Below, one piece after another: positions 23,303-31,226 of a DNA stretch of 32,000 nucleotides. This DNA comes from Thermoproteus tenax Kra 1. Lineage in GTDB: Archaea > Thermoproteota > Thermoprotei > Thermoproteales > Thermoproteaceae. Under the pieces are notes generated by a model. It had not been told where the DNA came from and made no database searches. It worked only from the letters and a program-made list of their open reading frames with translations. Position numbers and translations under genes: made by a program. Position 1 is the stretch's first letter. Each line of letters begins with the position of its first letter. The stretch spans positions 60,001 through 92,000 of the forward strand of contig NC_016070.1 in NCBI RefSeq assembly GCF_000253055.1. Reading direction: 5' to 3'.

Positions 23303-24249
23303 CAGCTCACTTTATGTCCTCTGGCTAGCTCGGCTTCAGGGGGCTCCTCTTTGCTACATACATCCATAGCGAAGGGACAGCGCGGATGGAAGCGGCAGCC
23401 AGGCGGCGGATTAATTAGGCTGGGCACCTGCCCTTTGATGAACCCCAGCTCTTTATCTTGTCTCAAAGTCGGAGTAGATCCAAGTAATGCCATAGTATAG
23501 GGATGTTTCGGCGACGTCAGTATATCGTCGATATCTCCTACTTCCACTATCTTTCCAGCGTACATAACTGCGATTCTGTCCGCAATCTCCGAGGCCAGGG
23601 CCAGATCGTGTGTAATCAGTATCATAGATGTATCCCTCTTTAACTCCTTTAGGAGTGAGATTATATTAGCTTGAGTTATTACGTCCAGCGCCGAGGTCGG
23701 CTCATCGAGGATCACCACGAGAGGTCTCATGATAATAGCCAGGGCTATTATGACTCTCTGTTTCATACCGCCTGAGAGCTCGAAGGGATACATGTTGAGC
23801 ACTGTCGCAGGTAGACCCACCGATTTCAAGGCGTCGGCCGCTAGCTTTAAGCTCTCGTTCTTGTTAAGCGGCCTATGCTCTCTTAAGATCCGGTATATAA
23901 AATCGCCGATAGTAGAGACGGGGTCTATGGCGTTCATAGACGCTTGGAACACCATAGAAATACGCTTCCACCTCACCTCTCTCCTTAACGTCTCCTCATC
24001 AAGCGACACTATATCAAATGCTCTATCTGTATCGTATAGAACAATTTTTCCCTCGTAGAGTGCCACATTTTCAGGCAATAGGCGCATTATGGCATACCCT
24101 AGCGATGATTTCCCGCTGCCCGACTCTCCTACTATCGCCAAGACCTCACCGCTTTTTAACGTGAAGGAGACGCCGTCTACAGCTTTGACAAGCCCCTGCC
24201 TTGTTCTGTAGTAGAGCTTGAGCCCCCCCACTTCTAAGACGGTTTGCAC
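23284..24249 (-). CDS. ABC transporter ATP-binding protein (DppD/OppD-like) with a Cys-rich C-terminal extension
   Basis: Motifs are Walker A GESGSGKSS, signature LSGGMKQR, Walker B VILDEPTSALD, and C-terminal PPGCRFHPRCPFAMDVC. The GTG start lies about 25 nt after CTATAAATTC. Confidence 0.9.
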   Translation of the reverse strand: MQTVLEVGGLKLYYRTRQGLVKAVDGVSFTLKSGEVLAIVGESGSGKSSLGYAIMRLLPENVALYEGKIVLYDTDRAFDIVSLDEETLRREVRWKRISMVFQASMNAIDPVSTIGDFIYRILREHRPLNKNESLKLAADALKSVGLPATVLNMYPFELSGGMKQRVIIALAIIMRPLVVILDEPTSALDVITQANIISLLKELKRDTSMILITHDLALASEIADRIAVMYAGKIVEVGDIDDILTSPKHPYTMALLGSTPTLRQDKELGFIKGQVPSLINPPPGCRFHPRCPFAMDVCSKEEPPEAELARGHKVSCWLVRS

Positions 24250-24288
24250 CGAGTAACATGGGTTTAATAAAAAGAATTTATAGTCAAT

Positions 24289-24915
24289 GTGGACTTGGCG
24301 GTCCCAATAGGCAGATTCAAAACTTTAGAGGATGCAACTCTAATTGTGAGACCGGAGGGGGCTCTGGCGGTTGGGAAGGGGCCAGGCGGCTACGAGGAGA
24401 TCCCAGTGTCTCTCGAAGAGGTCGCGCCGTATGTGTCGCCCTACGCTGACGCATACGACGAATTTCTGGGCAGAGTGGCCGAGGCCTTGGGAGAGAGATA
24501 CTCTCCCCAGGACAAGTCGGCGGTGGACAAATGGCTTGAGGCCCACATCAAGGCAGTTGAGACTTTAGGCGCCAAGTGGGCGAGGATCGTGGACTCTCTG
24601 GGCCCCTTCGCCTTCAGGAGAGTGGTCCCTAAGGTCTACGTACCATATATGGGCTCGAGCATCACTGCGACGTACCTTATATATCCGTTCGAGAACTCCC
24701 TGGTCTCGGCCGATAACAAGGGGAGGACTATGGCGATAGGCAGCGTGGCCGTCGAGTGGGGCGGAGCTACGGTCTTTAAAGCCGGTCTCAGAACTCTTCC
24801 GGGCGCCATAGTCTTAGCTCAAGCGCAGCCGGGCTTGGCCCAACCTCTCCCGCGAATCCTCCAGGCCCTGGAGTCTCTCGTGGCCCGGGTATCTAGGATA
24901 GCGCCGCCTCCTTGA
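24289..24915 (+). CDS. Hypothetical protein
   Basis: The GTG start lies about 20 nt after TTTAATAAAAAG. The 208 aa have ordinary composition, and I recognise no motif. The 3' end overlaps the convergent gene by 23 nt. Confidence 0.5.
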   Translation: MDLAVPIGRFKTLEDATLIVRPEGALAVGKGPGGYEEIPVSLEEVAPYVSPYADAYDEFLGRVAEALGERYSPQDKSAVDKWLEAHIKAVETLGAKWARIVDSLGPFAFRRVVPKVYVPYMGSSITATYLIYPFENSLVSADNKGRTMAIGSVAVEWGGATVFKAGLRTLPGAIVLAQAQPGLAQPLPRILQALESLVARVSRIAPPP

Positions 24916-25570
24916 TCAATAGATAGCCCCAGCCGGAGGGGCTCCAGAATTTCTCGGCGCTTAGGATTTTCACAGATCTCTTCAACAACGGACTCCTTAG
25001 GACGAAGGTCTCGAACTCGCCGCCCTCCCCGACGGGGGAGAAGCCGTACCTTCTGCTTAGCTCTATCAGTCTCCTCGCCTCCTCCGGCCCCACCCTAGCG
25101 CCGAGCCACCTCTCGTCTAGGCCCATGGCCATCGCGGCCACTATGATGAACTCCTCAGCTTCGGCTTCCTCCAGGAGCAGCTCCTCTTGGTTTTTCCCCC
25201 ACAGAGGAGAGATATGCCTAAGTCCCAGGCGTTCGGCCAACCTGTCTACTCTCTCCTTTTGGTACCTCGAGGCTATGGCCCCGGTCACGACGCCTTCAGC
25301 TCCGCACTCACGTTTGTATTTGGCCAAAGCATCGCCTAGCTCCTCGACTTCCCTCTCCTTTACGCCGGAAACTTGGATCAAATAGTGCGGCAGGCCCATG
25401 GACTGGCCGTGTAGAAGGGCCCATCTGGCGTTGACTGCGTGGAACATATAGGAATCCTGCCTCCCAGGCTCGGCGGTGAGAAGGCACTTGACGACGTGCC
25501 CCTCTTGTACCGCCTTGATGAGCGCATAGTGGCTGTCCTTGCCGCCTGTATATAGGGCGATTAAATCCAT
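24893..25570 (-). CDS. dph6: PP-loop ATP pyrophosphatase of the MJ0570 / diphthine-ammonia ligase (Dph6-like) family
   Basis: MDLIALYTGGKDS is a PP-loop motif. I chose ATG-25570. The 85 extra N-terminal codons in the track ORF overlap the divergent gene and look non-coding. Confidence 0.75.
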   Translation of the reverse strand: MDLIALYTGGKDSHYALIKAVQEGHVVKCLLTAEPGRQDSYMFHAVNARWALLHGQSMGLPHYLIQVSGVKEREVEELGDALAKYKRECGAEGVVTGAIASRYQKERVDRLAERLGLRHISPLWGKNQEELLLEEAEAEEFIIVAAMAMGLDERWLGARVGPEEARRLIELSRRYGFSPVGEGGEFETFVLRSPLLKRSVKILSAEKFWSPSGWGYLLIKEAALS

Positions 25571-25594
25571 AAATTGAGTTTGATACATATATTT

Positions 25595-26059
25595 GTGGAA
25601 TGCCCCTATTTTGTTGAGCCGAACTTGGCCGGCAGCTGTATGCCGGGGAGAGCCGACTTGGGCAAAATTACATCTCTCGGCATAAAACACGTCGTGGCTC
25701 TCGCTGAGGACTGGGAGTTTAAGTTCTACGGAGGTTGGGAGGGAGTTCACGAGTACAAGGAAGAGCTGGAGGACAGAGGAGTTAAGTTGCTCCACTGGCC
25801 TACGCCGGATGGCCACCCGCCTCAAGACCTCCTGGCGCTAGTCCGCATAATTGAGTCGCTCCTGAGGGCTGGGCCCGTCATGGTGCACTGCGTCGGAGGC
25901 ATAGGCAGGACTCCAACGACTCTGGCAGCATATCTTATATATAAGGGGGCGGATGTCCACGAGGCCCTCAGAAGGGTGTCCGAGGCCGTCCCCTCGATCT
26001 CTATAAGCGAGGAGCAGTACAACGCCCTCCTTGAGCTCGAGGCGGAGCTCAGAGGATGA
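25595..26059 (+). CDS. Protein-tyrosine / dual-specificity phosphatase (CX5R)
   Basis: VHCVGGIGRTPT is the P-loop. The N-terminal FVEPNLAGSCMP aligns with the start region of small archaeal PTPs, which favours GTG-25595 over TTG-25574 or ATG-25640. Confidence 0.8.
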   Translation: MECPYFVEPNLAGSCMPGRADLGKITSLGIKHVVALAEDWEFKFYGGWEGVHEYKEELEDRGVKLLHWPTPDGHPPQDLLALVRIIESLLRAGPVMVHCVGGIGRTPTTLAAYLIYKGADVHEALRRVSEAVPSISISEEQYNALLELEAELRG

Positions 26060-26751
26060 CCGAAGTATTCGTTGGAACTAGCGGCTGGCTGTACGACTGG
26101 AATCCCGACTCCCTAGACTGGTACGTAGAGAGCTCGGGGCTCAACGCAGTGGAGTTGAATGCAACGTTCTACAGATATCCATTTAGGAGCCAGGTGGCGA
26201 GTTGGGCGAGGAGGGGGTCAAGGCTCCGTTGGTCCGTCAAAGTACACCGCTATATAACCCACACCAAGAGGCTCAAGGAGGACGCCCTAGGCGCCTGGGC
26301 TAGGTTCAAGGAGCTGATGGCTCAGCTCGACCCCTATGTGGACTTCTACTTGGTCCAACTCCCGCCTGCATTCGACAAGAGGGATAGACACGTGGAGAGG
26401 CTCAGATCGTTCGCCGAATCGACCGGGCTGGGCCGCCGCCTGGCCGTCGAGTTCAGACACGCGAGTTGGTTCAACGAGGACACAGTGAAGCTCTGCGAGG
26501 AGCTGGGGATAACGGCAGTGTCGGTGGATGAGCCGGGCTACACTTGGATCGTCGCAACTGGAGACATAGTTTACTTAAGGCTCCACGGGCGCACCTCTTG
26601 GTACGCCCACGAGTACAGCGAAGAGGAGCTAAGGGAGCTGGCTGATGCCGTGCTCTCGTTGAGACCTAAGAGGGTCTATGCCTTCTTTAACAACGACCAC
26701 TGGATGTTGGAGAACGCCCGCGCGATGATGCGCCTATTTAGTAAACGATAA
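26056..26751 (+). CDS. DUF72 (YecE-like) family protein
   Basis: It has the N-terminal pattern GTSGWLYDW ... VELNATFYR and overlaps the upstream stop by 4 nt. Confidence 0.8.
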   Translation: MTEVFVGTSGWLYDWNPDSLDWYVESSGLNAVELNATFYRYPFRSQVASWARRGSRLRWSVKVHRYITHTKRLKEDALGAWARFKELMAQLDPYVDFYLVQLPPAFDKRDRHVERLRSFAESTGLGRRLAVEFRHASWFNEDTVKLCEELGITAVSVDEPGYTWIVATGDIVYLRLHGRTSWYAHEYSEEELRELADAVLSLRPKRVYAFFNNDHWMLENARAMMRLFSKR

Positions 26752-26773
26752 ATCACCACATCGGTTGGAGGCC

Positions 26774-27727
26774 ATGGAGTACATAACATTGGGGAGAACC
26801 GATATGAAAGCGTCAAGGATAGGAATGGGGGCTTGGCAGTTCGACGAAAACGCGTGGGGCCCCATGGACTACGAGAGGGCGAAGTCCGTTGTGGCCAGGG
26901 CCTATGAGGCGGGCATAAACTTCTTCGACACAGCCGCCGTATATGGCAGAGGGAGGTCGGAGGAGTTCTTGGGCAGAGCTATAGCGGAACTCGGGCTGAG
27001 GGAGCACGTCTACATAGCCACGAAGATACCGGGGGAGTGGCACAGACGTAACGACGTTTTCAAATCTGTGGAGAACCAGAGACGTCGCCTCAGAGTTGAC
27101 GCAATAGATCTGATACAGCTCCACTGGCCATCCTGTTGGCACAACGTCCCCATATGTGAGACCATGAAGGCATTGGAGGAGCTCGTGGACAGAGGCCTCG
27201 TGAGGTATATAGGCGTGAGCAACTATCCGACACAGCTGTTAGATGCGGCTCGATCTTGTCTATCTAAGACGGACATCGTGACGAGCCAGAACCGTTACAA
27301 CTTGTTGGAGAGGGAGGCCGACAAGGAGCTATTGGGCTATCTCAAGAGGAATGGAATAGTCCTCATCGCCTGGTCTCCGTTAGCTAAGGGCGCCGTCACA
27401 GGCAAATATACCCCCCAGAGCCTCCCTCAGTTCAACGACGTGAGGAGGAACGATCCTCTATTCCAGCCCGAGAACTTGAAGGCAGCCATGCCGCTTATAG
27501 AGGAGGTCAAGAGGCTCGCGGTGAAGTACAACAAGACGCCGGCCCAGATAGCGCTCAACTGGCTCATAAGAGATCCCCACATATATCCGATCCCCGGCGC
27601 CAAATCCCCCGAGCAAGCCATCGAGAATGCGGGCGCCGCCGGCTGGCGCCTCTCCGACGAGGACTGGGCCTCGTTGGACAAGGTCAGCAGAGAGGTCGCC
27701 GAAAAGATAAGCTATGTGACCTATTAG
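26774..27727 (+). CDS. Aldo/keto reductase
   Basis: Motifs are GMGAWQF, FFDTAAVYG, LHWP and GVSNY. I prefer ATG-26774 to the track's TTG-26765. Confidence 0.85.
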   Translation: MEYITLGRTDMKASRIGMGAWQFDENAWGPMDYERAKSVVARAYEAGINFFDTAAVYGRGRSEEFLGRAIAELGLREHVYIATKIPGEWHRRNDVFKSVENQRRRLRVDAIDLIQLHWPSCWHNVPICETMKALEELVDRGLVRYIGVSNYPTQLLDAARSCLSKTDIVTSQNRYNLLEREADKELLGYLKRNGIVLIAWSPLAKGAVTGKYTPQSLPQFNDVRRNDPLFQPENLKAAMPLIEEVKRLAVKYNKTPAQIALNWLIRDPHIYPIPGAKSPEQAIENAGAAGWRLSDEDWASLDKVSREVAEKISYVTY

Positions 27728-28647
27728 GGCGTCAGAGCCGCCAGGGCGGCCTTGGCTGTGTGCAGCCTGTTCTCGGCCTGATCCCACACCACAGACCTCG
27801 GCCCATCTATCACATCGTCTGTGACCTCCTGACCTCTGTGCGCCGGCAGACAGTGCATGAAGAGCGCTTGAGGCCCGGCCAGGGACATAACTCGGCCGTC
27901 TACTTGATAGGGCCTCAGAAGTCTCACCCGCTCCTCGGCCTCTTTCTCAAACCCCATGGAGACCCACACGTCGGTGTAGACTGCGTCTACGCCCTTTACG
28001 TCCTCTAGCGAGTCGCTCTGGTATATACTGGCGCCAGTCTTGTCCGCATCATCGGAGAGCTTGGAGATATCGTTACGCCACAGCTGTCTGGGCCCAATTA
28101 ATCTGACCTCCCATCCCAGCTTCGACCCTATCACGGCCAGGCTCGCCGCCACATTGTTCCCAACATCGCCGACAAAGGCGACCTTAAGCCCGCTCAACTT
28201 TCCCTTCTTTTCCCACAACGTGAGAGCATCCGCGAGGGCTTGGAGCGGGTGGAATTTGTCCGAGAGGAGGTTAATGACGGGGACGTCGGCATACTGGGCG
28301 AGCTCCTCCAGCGAGCTGTGGCTGTACACCCTTGCCGCGATGACGTGTACATACCTAGACAGCGTCCGCGCAGTATCGGCCACAGTCTCCCCACGGCCCA
28401 ACTGTAGCTCCTGCGCCGAGGTCACTATGACGTTCATGCCAAGCTGGTAGGCTGCCACGGAGGTGGAGACCCTAGTCCTCGTGGAGGGCTTCTCAAAGAT
28501 CAATATTGCAGTCTTCCCGGCATGTATAGGAACAATGATTTCCCCTGCGTGGTACCTCGCCTTGAGGGACTTGGACATCTCTAGCAACATTATAACCTCG
28601 TCCGGCTTAAACTCCATGAGGCTCAACAGATCTCTGCCCCTTAGCAT
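27724..28647 (-). CDS. argF: Ornithine carbamoyltransferase
   Basis: Motifs are FEKPSTRTR, HPLQALAD and HCLPAHRGQE (HCLP is the ornithine-type motif). I chose ATG-28647, about 21 nt after an AT-rich TATA region. Its stop overlaps the convergent AKR stop. Confidence 0.85.
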   Translation of the reverse strand: MLRGRDLLSLMEFKPDEVIMLLEMSKSLKARYHAGEIIVPIHAGKTAILIFEKPSTRTRVSTSVAAYQLGMNVIVTSAQELQLGRGETVADTARTLSRYVHVIAARVYSHSSLEELAQYADVPVINLLSDKFHPLQALADALTLWEKKGKLSGLKVAFVGDVGNNVAASLAVIGSKLGWEVRLIGPRQLWRNDISKLSDDADKTGASIYQSDSLEDVKGVDAVYTDVWVSMGFEKEAEERVRLLRPYQVDGRVMSLAGPQALFMHCLPAHRGQEVTDDVIDGPRSVVWDQAENRLHTAKAALAALTP

Positions 28648-28700
28648 AGCATGAAGTTTAACGCCATTATAATTTTTTATTGTGGAATAAAGGAGGACCT

Positions 28701-29471
28701 GTGGACGTAGCTCTTTATGCAAGGAGGGGGCGCAAGGCGCCCCAAGTGTTGAGGTTCGCCGAAGAGCTCGGCCTCCCCTATGTCCTAGATCTATCGCGCG
28801 AGAGCTTCGATAAATCCCCTTATCTACATGCAGTGGAGCTTGAGGAGGAGCTTAGGACGTTGCCTGGCACCATAGTCTTTCCCTATTCCGACGACTTCTA
28901 TAAATATGTGGCCATCGCAGATCTATTGAACGTGAAAAGGCTCGTCATGCCCCCTCCTCCCTCGATAGAGGGGCTGCAGAGGATATACGAGGAGGCCGCG
29001 GTCTACTCAGTGGAGGTGAGGTGGCTCTATGGATACCCGCCGCTGGCCAGGCCAGCCGATGTTGAGAGAGTGGCTGAGGTTGTGCATCCCAGGGCCGCCA
29101 AGATAGTGTACGACGTGGCGAAGGCCAAGTCTAACAAGGAGATAATACACAGTCTAGTGCGTCTACAGGGCTATATTGCCTCGATATATCTCTCCAACAA
29201 GAGCGGCTCGAAGAGTCCGCGTTTGCCGCCCTTTGATCCAAGAGGAGTCATAAACTACGTAGACGTCATTCAAGCCGCCCTCCTCCTTCAGTGGGATGGA
29301 CAGTACGTCCTCAGAATGGCTCCGGAGTATGCAGACAGAGCTCCCTCGCAGCTCTCCATTATGAGGGAGGTGGAGGAGACTTTCAGAAACACAGGTAGGG
29401 CATCAAAAAAGGTACAGAGGATGGTAGCCTCGGTCCTCAACGAGATATTCTCGCAGAGCGGCCTAGAATAA
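28701..29471 (+). CDS. Hypothetical protein, possibly a xylose-isomerase-like TIM barrel
   Basis: GTG-28701 is preceded by GGAGG with 4-nt spacing. The pattern IYLSNKSG...PPFDPRGVINYVDVIQALL...WDGQYVLRM loosely resembles the AP-endonuclease-2/sugar-isomerase barrel. The functional call is weak. Confidence 0.4.
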   Translation: MDVALYARRGRKAPQVLRFAEELGLPYVLDLSRESFDKSPYLHAVELEEELRTLPGTIVFPYSDDFYKYVAIADLLNVKRLVMPPPPSIEGLQRIYEEAAVYSVEVRWLYGYPPLARPADVERVAEVVHPRAAKIVYDVAKAKSNKEIIHSLVRLQGYIASIYLSNKSGSKSPRLPPFDPRGVINYVDVIQAALLLQWDGQYVLRMAPEYADRAPSQLSIMREVEETFRNTGRASKKVQRMVASVLNEIFSQSGLE

Positions 29472-29557
29472 TATCGGAATCGGAAATGAGTTCTAAAAAG
29501 CTGGCGCCCAGAACTTATTTATGCCGTGCAAATCCAAGAGCAAGAAGACCGCCGAGG

Positions 29558-29968
29558 CTAAATCGGCCTAGCGAGAGCAGACTTTAATTTTTCGACGACC
29601 TCTTTTGCGACCTCCTCTTTTATCTCCTCTTTGCCGTGCCACGCGAGGTTGCCGCCCCACCTCGGGATCACGTGTATATGGAAGTGGAATATCATCTGCC
29701 CGGCCTCTCTCCCGGCGTTTGTGACTATGTTGACGCCCTTGGCGCCCAGCCTTTTCCAAACTCTGGCGAAGAACGCGGCAGTCGTGAAGCCCCTCGCCAC
29801 TACGTCGTCGGGCGCGTCGAACACGCTCTCGTAGTGCCTCTTGGGCACAACCAATAAGTGTCCATAAGACGCTGGATATTTATCTAAAAATACCACGAGG
29901 TCTTCGTCCTCATATACTTTCCAGGCGGGCAACTCCCCCTTGATTATTTTACAGAATATGCAGTCCAT
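29558..29968 (-). CDS. HIT-family (histidine triad) nucleotide hydrolase/transferase
   Basis: It has the HFHIHVIPR triad and the N-terminus MDCIFCKI. I chose ATG-29968. Confidence 0.85.
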   Translation of the reverse strand: MDCIFCKIIKGELPAWKVYEDEDLVVFLDKYPASYGHLLVVPKRHYESVFDAPDDVVARGFTTAAFFARVWKRLGAKGVNIVTNAGREAGQMIFHFHIHVIPRWGGNLAWHGKEEIKEEVAKEVVEKLKSALARPI

Positions 29969-29983
29969 GGCGAGGAGGGATAT

Positions 29984-29995
29984 GAAATATAAAAC
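29984..29995. promoter_or_regulatory. Single AT-rich TATA element shared by the divergent HIT and MaoC genes
   Basis: GAAATATAAAAC is centred about 22 nt from ATG-29968 (minus strand) and about 23 nt from ATG-30013 (plus strand). Confidence 0.45.
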
Positions 29996-30012
29996 TATTG
30001 AGAGCAACGGCC

Positions 30013-30462
30013 ATGGGGCTCACCTACGACGAGTTTCAGCCCGGCGCGAGGATAGTGAGCCACGGCGTCACCGTCACAGAGTCCCACATAGTCCAATTTG
30101 CAGGCCTCACGGGCGACCATAACCCGCTTCATCTAGACGAAGCTTACGCCAAGGGCACTATATTCGGCGGCAGGATCGCCCACGGCCTCCTTACTCTTTC
30201 TCTAGCAGTGGGGCTCATAGCACACTATCTGTACGGAACCACCATAGCGTTGTTGGAGGCTGGCGGAAGGTTCCTCAAGCCGGTCAAGATAGGCGACACT
30301 ATACGCGTGGAGGCCGAGGTGGTCGACAAAAGGCCCTCTGAGAAATACGACGGAGGTATAGTGCACCTGAGGCTTGACGTCAAGAACGACCGGGGCGACA
30401 CAGTCGCCGTGGCTGAGATAAAGGCTCTGGTGTCGCGTAAGAGATGGCAAGGCTCTACGTAG
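30013..30462 (+). CDS. MaoC-like (R)-specific enoyl-CoA hydratase / hot-dog fold dehydratase
   Basis: It has the motif GDHNPLHLDEAYAKGTIFGGRIAHG and is ~150 aa. I chose ATG-30013. Confidence 0.8.
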   Translation: MGLTYDEFQPGARIVSHGVTVTESHIVQFAGLTGDHNPLHLDEAYAKGTIFGGRIAHGLLTLSLAVGLIAHYLYGTTIALLEAGGRFLKPVKIGDTIRVEAEVVDKRPSEKYDGGIVHLRLDVKNDRGDTVAVAEIKALVSRKRWQGST

Positions 30463-31205
30463 TGGGGCTGGGGATCTCGCCTGCGTTTTTGACTGAGGCC
30501 GCCAAGGAGGCCTTGGAGCGCTCCGATTGCGTCTTCGCCGACTCCTACACAAGCTACTACGACTTCAGCAAGCTCGGCGCTCGCGTCACTCTTTTGGACA
30601 GGAGGGAGCTCGAGGATAGAAGTGGGGCAGCCATAGAGGAGTGTCTGAGGAGGGGCAAGGACGCCGCCCTCTTGGTCCCCGGAGATCCCCTCACGGCCAC
30701 TGCCCACGCCGCCCTCATAGCTGAGTTCAGGAGGAAGGGCCACGAGGTCGTGGTGATACCTGGAGTGTCCATAGTCTGCGCTGCGTTGTCGGCATCGTGT
30801 CTCTCAGTATATAAGCTCGGAGGCGTGGCCACTGTGACGTACCCGAGGCTGGGAGTTTACTCGCTGAGGCCCTACGAGGTGGTCGAGCAGAATCTGCAGA
30901 GGGGTCTCCACACGCTTCTGCTCCTCGATATAAGAGACGACGGAGGCTTCATGACGCCCTCGGACGCCGCCAATATACTGATGGAGCTTGAGGCGCGGGA
31001 GAGGAGGGGGGTCTTCAGCGGAGATAGAAGAGTGATAACGGTCTATCGCCTCGGTTGGCCCGAGGGAGGCGTAGCCGCGGCTCCGTTGGCCGAGTTGGCC
31101 TCTTCTGCATATCCAGCGCCGGCGGTAATCATAGTGCCCGCACGCCTCAGCCCTGTGGAGAGGGAGTGCCTCGTCTCGCTCTACGGAGCTCCCTTAGACA
31201 TATAA
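30444..31205 (+). CDS. dph5: Diphthine synthase
   Basis: The N-terminus MARLYVVGLGISP...VFADSYTS and the GDPLTATAH motif match the tetrapyrrole-methylase-fold Dph5 family. It overlaps the MaoC 3' end by 19 nt. Confidence 0.85.
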   Translation: MARLYVVGLGISPAFLTEAAKEALERSDCVFADSYTSYYDFSKLGARVTLLDRRELEDRSGAAIEECLRRGKDAALLVPGDPLTATAHAALIAEFRRKGHEVVVIPGVSIVCAALSASCLSVYKLGGVATVTYPRLGVYSLRPYEVVEQNLQRGLHTLLLLDIRDDGGFMTPSDAANILMELEARERRGVFSGDRRVITVYRLGWPEGGVAAAPLAELASSAYPAPAVIIVPARLSPVERECLVSLYGAPLDI

Positions 31206-31226
31206 ACAGTCCGGATAGATATAGAC

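Noticed and set aside
25571-25825. The 85-codon N-terminal extension of the Dph6-like ORF. Similar extensions are OTC to 28722, HIT to 30007 and MaoC from 29998.
   Set aside because: The extensions overlap divergent genes or promoters and lack family similarity. In each case an internal ATG sits right before the conserved N-terminal motif and about 20-25 nt after an AT-rich box.
29473-29485. Tandem ATCGGA-ATCGGA in the convergent spacer, plus a 33-codon basic ORF starting at 29486.
   Set aside because: Two copies of a hexamer are too short to call a repeat. The ORF overlaps the HIT gene's 3' end, has no promoter and has an Arg/Pro-rich composition.
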